A program made the translations under genes and the position numbers. DNA of 64,000 nucleotides, taken from positions 3,286,001 through 3,350,000 of the forward strand of contig NC_134025.1 of assembly GCF_964204645.1 (NCBI RefSeq). The letters are read 5' to 3'. The notes below the pieces were generated by a model that was given only the letters and a program-made list of their open reading frames with translations, ran no database searches and was not told where the DNA came from. Shown in pieces: positions 61,408 through 64,000 of this stretch. Numbering within the stretch: the first letter of the stretch is position 1; each line of letters begins with the position of its first letter. This DNA comes from Tubulanus polymorphus. Taxonomy: Eukaryota; Animalia; Nemertea.

Positions 61408-64000
61408 TCAAGAAACTTTAGTTAATTTGATCAACTGATAGAGTTTCATCACATCTTTAATTTGAAGTCCAGAAGGTTGGAGACATCTACACAGTTCAGG
61501 AAAACTGGGCTTCCCTGCAAGATGAAACATGCAACTTACTGAATTGAAATGCCCAAGCCTTTACTCGGTGTACCTTCAGTAGCTAAACATACCAGAACTT
61601 GTTGACTTGGCGAGTTTGTCGGCTTGAGGAATATTATACCAAACTAAAAATCCTGCTAGTAGAACATCCGTACAGACGACCTCTCCTCTTAAGTATTTAC
61701 TCACGGCAAACATATTATCTACAAATAAACCCCACATTACATAAATCATACATATAAATGTACTACTTTACAAATTTTGCCAGTTCCAGTTTGTCAGAAT
61801 TAGGCGAAGTTTACTGTGCATAAACATGAAACATGTCGAGGTTCATACCTTCAAACCATTGATCAAGCACGGCTTCAATCCTATTGTTGATATTACTCAA
61901 GAATTCAGCATGTATTAAAACGATGCCATCATCAGACAGTTGAACACGTCTATAATAATCCGCTATTAACTTCAATTGCCATAAATCAACGAGTTTTAAA
62001 CGATTTACAACTGAACGGACAATCTAGAAGAGGAGAGAAAAATACAGTAGCCGCTACAAAAATAAATCGCACACAATTTACAGAAAATCATTATCGGGCC
62101 TAACCTGATCCATAGCAATATGAGTGCAAAGAACCTCTGGTTTTTCTTGCGTAACACACTCGTGGAGAACCAATGACATTAGTTGCATCATATCATGTTC
62201 CTAAAATGAAACATATTTCCAATATTTGTGCCAAATTTTCTAAATCTATTTCTCTATCCTTGAAGCCACTCACTTGTTTATTATCTAAATTACAGACGGC
62301 TTCTGCGAACACAAGCACTCGAGGATCGGATGAAAACGATTTGATGAAATCTGGTTTGGCATTTCTCCTAGCAGTTCGATCAGTACATAAAAACTTCGCT
62401 AATAAGCTTCGATATCCTTTCGGATCTTCCACGTATGACAAATGTCCAGCTCTTTGTTTGACGTGTAAAATTCCATTGTGTTGCAGAATACTCCTACGAT
62501 ACAAGCAATTATTTCATAGTTCGTTAACCCAATCAAATGATAAAATCTTGAAGAGTTACTTACTTCAGATTGCTCCAGTTTTCATCTTTCCGGAAAGCTA
62601 TAGGAAGATATCTATCTCCGGTTATTTTAACTTCTTCTAACTGGTCGATTTCTGGCAGAAGACATGGACCGACACACGTGAACCATTTATCCTCGAAATA
62701 TTCCGTATCCTGCATTTAATATAAACGCATTTATCATCAGTGTTGATAACTATAACAATAGAAATAATCGAATAAAATTACCTTATATTTGACGTCTAAT
62801 GGAATATAACAGAAACTTCCTGAATCAACATCTTTCGGAATAATAACACGAGGCTCAGCGGCTAGAACGTACAAGTGACGGAATGCTTGTAGATGATAAC
62901 GATTATCATTGCTGTGAGTCGGAAATTTCGGGAAAAATGCGCACAACATCGCAGCAACTGCTTCCGGTTTCGTACTCAGACTAAATCTATACGAAAATGG
63001 ACAATTCATAATAATAACTGAACTATCGACAAGATGAACGATTTTCACGAAACGAATGCATACCTGCCACCACCTAGAAACAGCAGTCCAATAGCCATGC
63101 TTACTGCTACATACGACCCGTATAATACTGCTGTATGAGATGTACCGACTCTTGAACGCAGATATCGACAAATTCTCAAAACCTCTAAATCACCAGTTCC
63201 AGCCATTACCTACATTCAAACTTATATATAAGTATGATTTTAAGAAACGGGAAATTTGTAGAAATAACCAAACGATCTTACCATAGCTAGAGACAGGAGA
63301 ACCACTTGCATGCAATTTTCTATGACACTTTTACCAGCTTGTTCATACATGGCTGGCTTCGATAGAAAATTAATGAATTTCTTAGTAAACATCAGCTACA
63401 AAGAGAAACGGATGAAATATAATGCTTGCTAAGATCAATCATTTTAACAGGTGTAAAGAGAAGCATATTTACCAAACAGTTATATGCAGATCTGTTGGCT
63501 GAACCAGCAAACCTCAGTCCCATTGCCATACAACATCCAGCTATTATATTCAAGAATGCTTGACTACGAGAAATAAAATAAATTGAAAATATTAAAACTG
63601 AATTGATGTCAGAAAGATTTTGATTCGAGTTCATTCAGTTACCTCATAGTTTCGAAGTCAATATCACAGTCAGGATCATCACGATATTTGGCACAATTAA
63701 ACGCATATTTAGATACAATCTGAAATACAGGAACCATTTTTAACACCATTCATTTCATAATGATTATGCAGTACATGACCTACCTCAGGAAGATGGCTTA
63801 AAACCCATTCCGCTGATGGCAAAATAGAATCCCACATAACTAAACCTTTAGCAATCATCTAAAATCAGAAAAGTTATAATATCTAACGTATGTAGATTTA
63901 CACATTAAGTGTAGAAAATAGATATCATTCGTCTTACTCGCAACATGAGGAAATCTGGCCGAACAAAATCTAGCATGAATTGTGTGTCACAAGCCTTCAG
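61408..64000 (-). CDS. ANAPC1: Anaphase-promoting complex subunit 1, C-terminal exons (gene starts beyond the right edge)
   Basis: Motifs QAFLNIIAGCCMAMGLRFAGSAN, VMAGTGDLEVLRICRYLR, MAIGLLFLGGGR, FPKFPTHSNDNRYHLQAFRHLYVLAAEPR and VKQRAGHLSYVEDPKG; last exon ends ...KLTKVS* at 61408. Confidence 0.95.

Noticed and set aside
62173-62640. 155-aa plus-strand ORF
   Set aside because: Antisense shadow of ANAPC1 exons with no independent support.

Overview
AT-rich eukaryotic (invertebrate-animal-like) genomic DNA with mostly 60-150 nt spliceosomal introns. It holds six recognisable intron-split genes: PLEKHH/MAX-1 (minus, runs off the left edge), THADA (plus), a ZFP36/TIS11 tandem CCCH gene (plus), RAD51B (minus), HAAO (plus) and the 3' part of ANAPC1 (minus, enters from the right edge). 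The strongest signal is organisational. The order PLEKHH-THADA-ZFP36-RAD51B-HAAO looks like the unduplicated union of two human paralogous blocks: 2p21 (PLEKHH2-THADA-ZFP36L2-HAAO) and 14q24 (RAD51B-ZFP36L1). The longest complete non-coding intervals surround ZFP36: a 5.1-kb last THADA intron, about 11 kb of gene-free DNA, and a 7.8-kb GC-AG last RAD51B intron leading to a terminal exon missed by the ORF track. This pattern suggests an ancient genomic regulatory block. The window also contains MITEs, tRNA-like/SINE fragments, decayed LINE remnants, short tandem repeats and candidate regulatory motif clusters. All gene models and motifs were read by eye; no database search was run.
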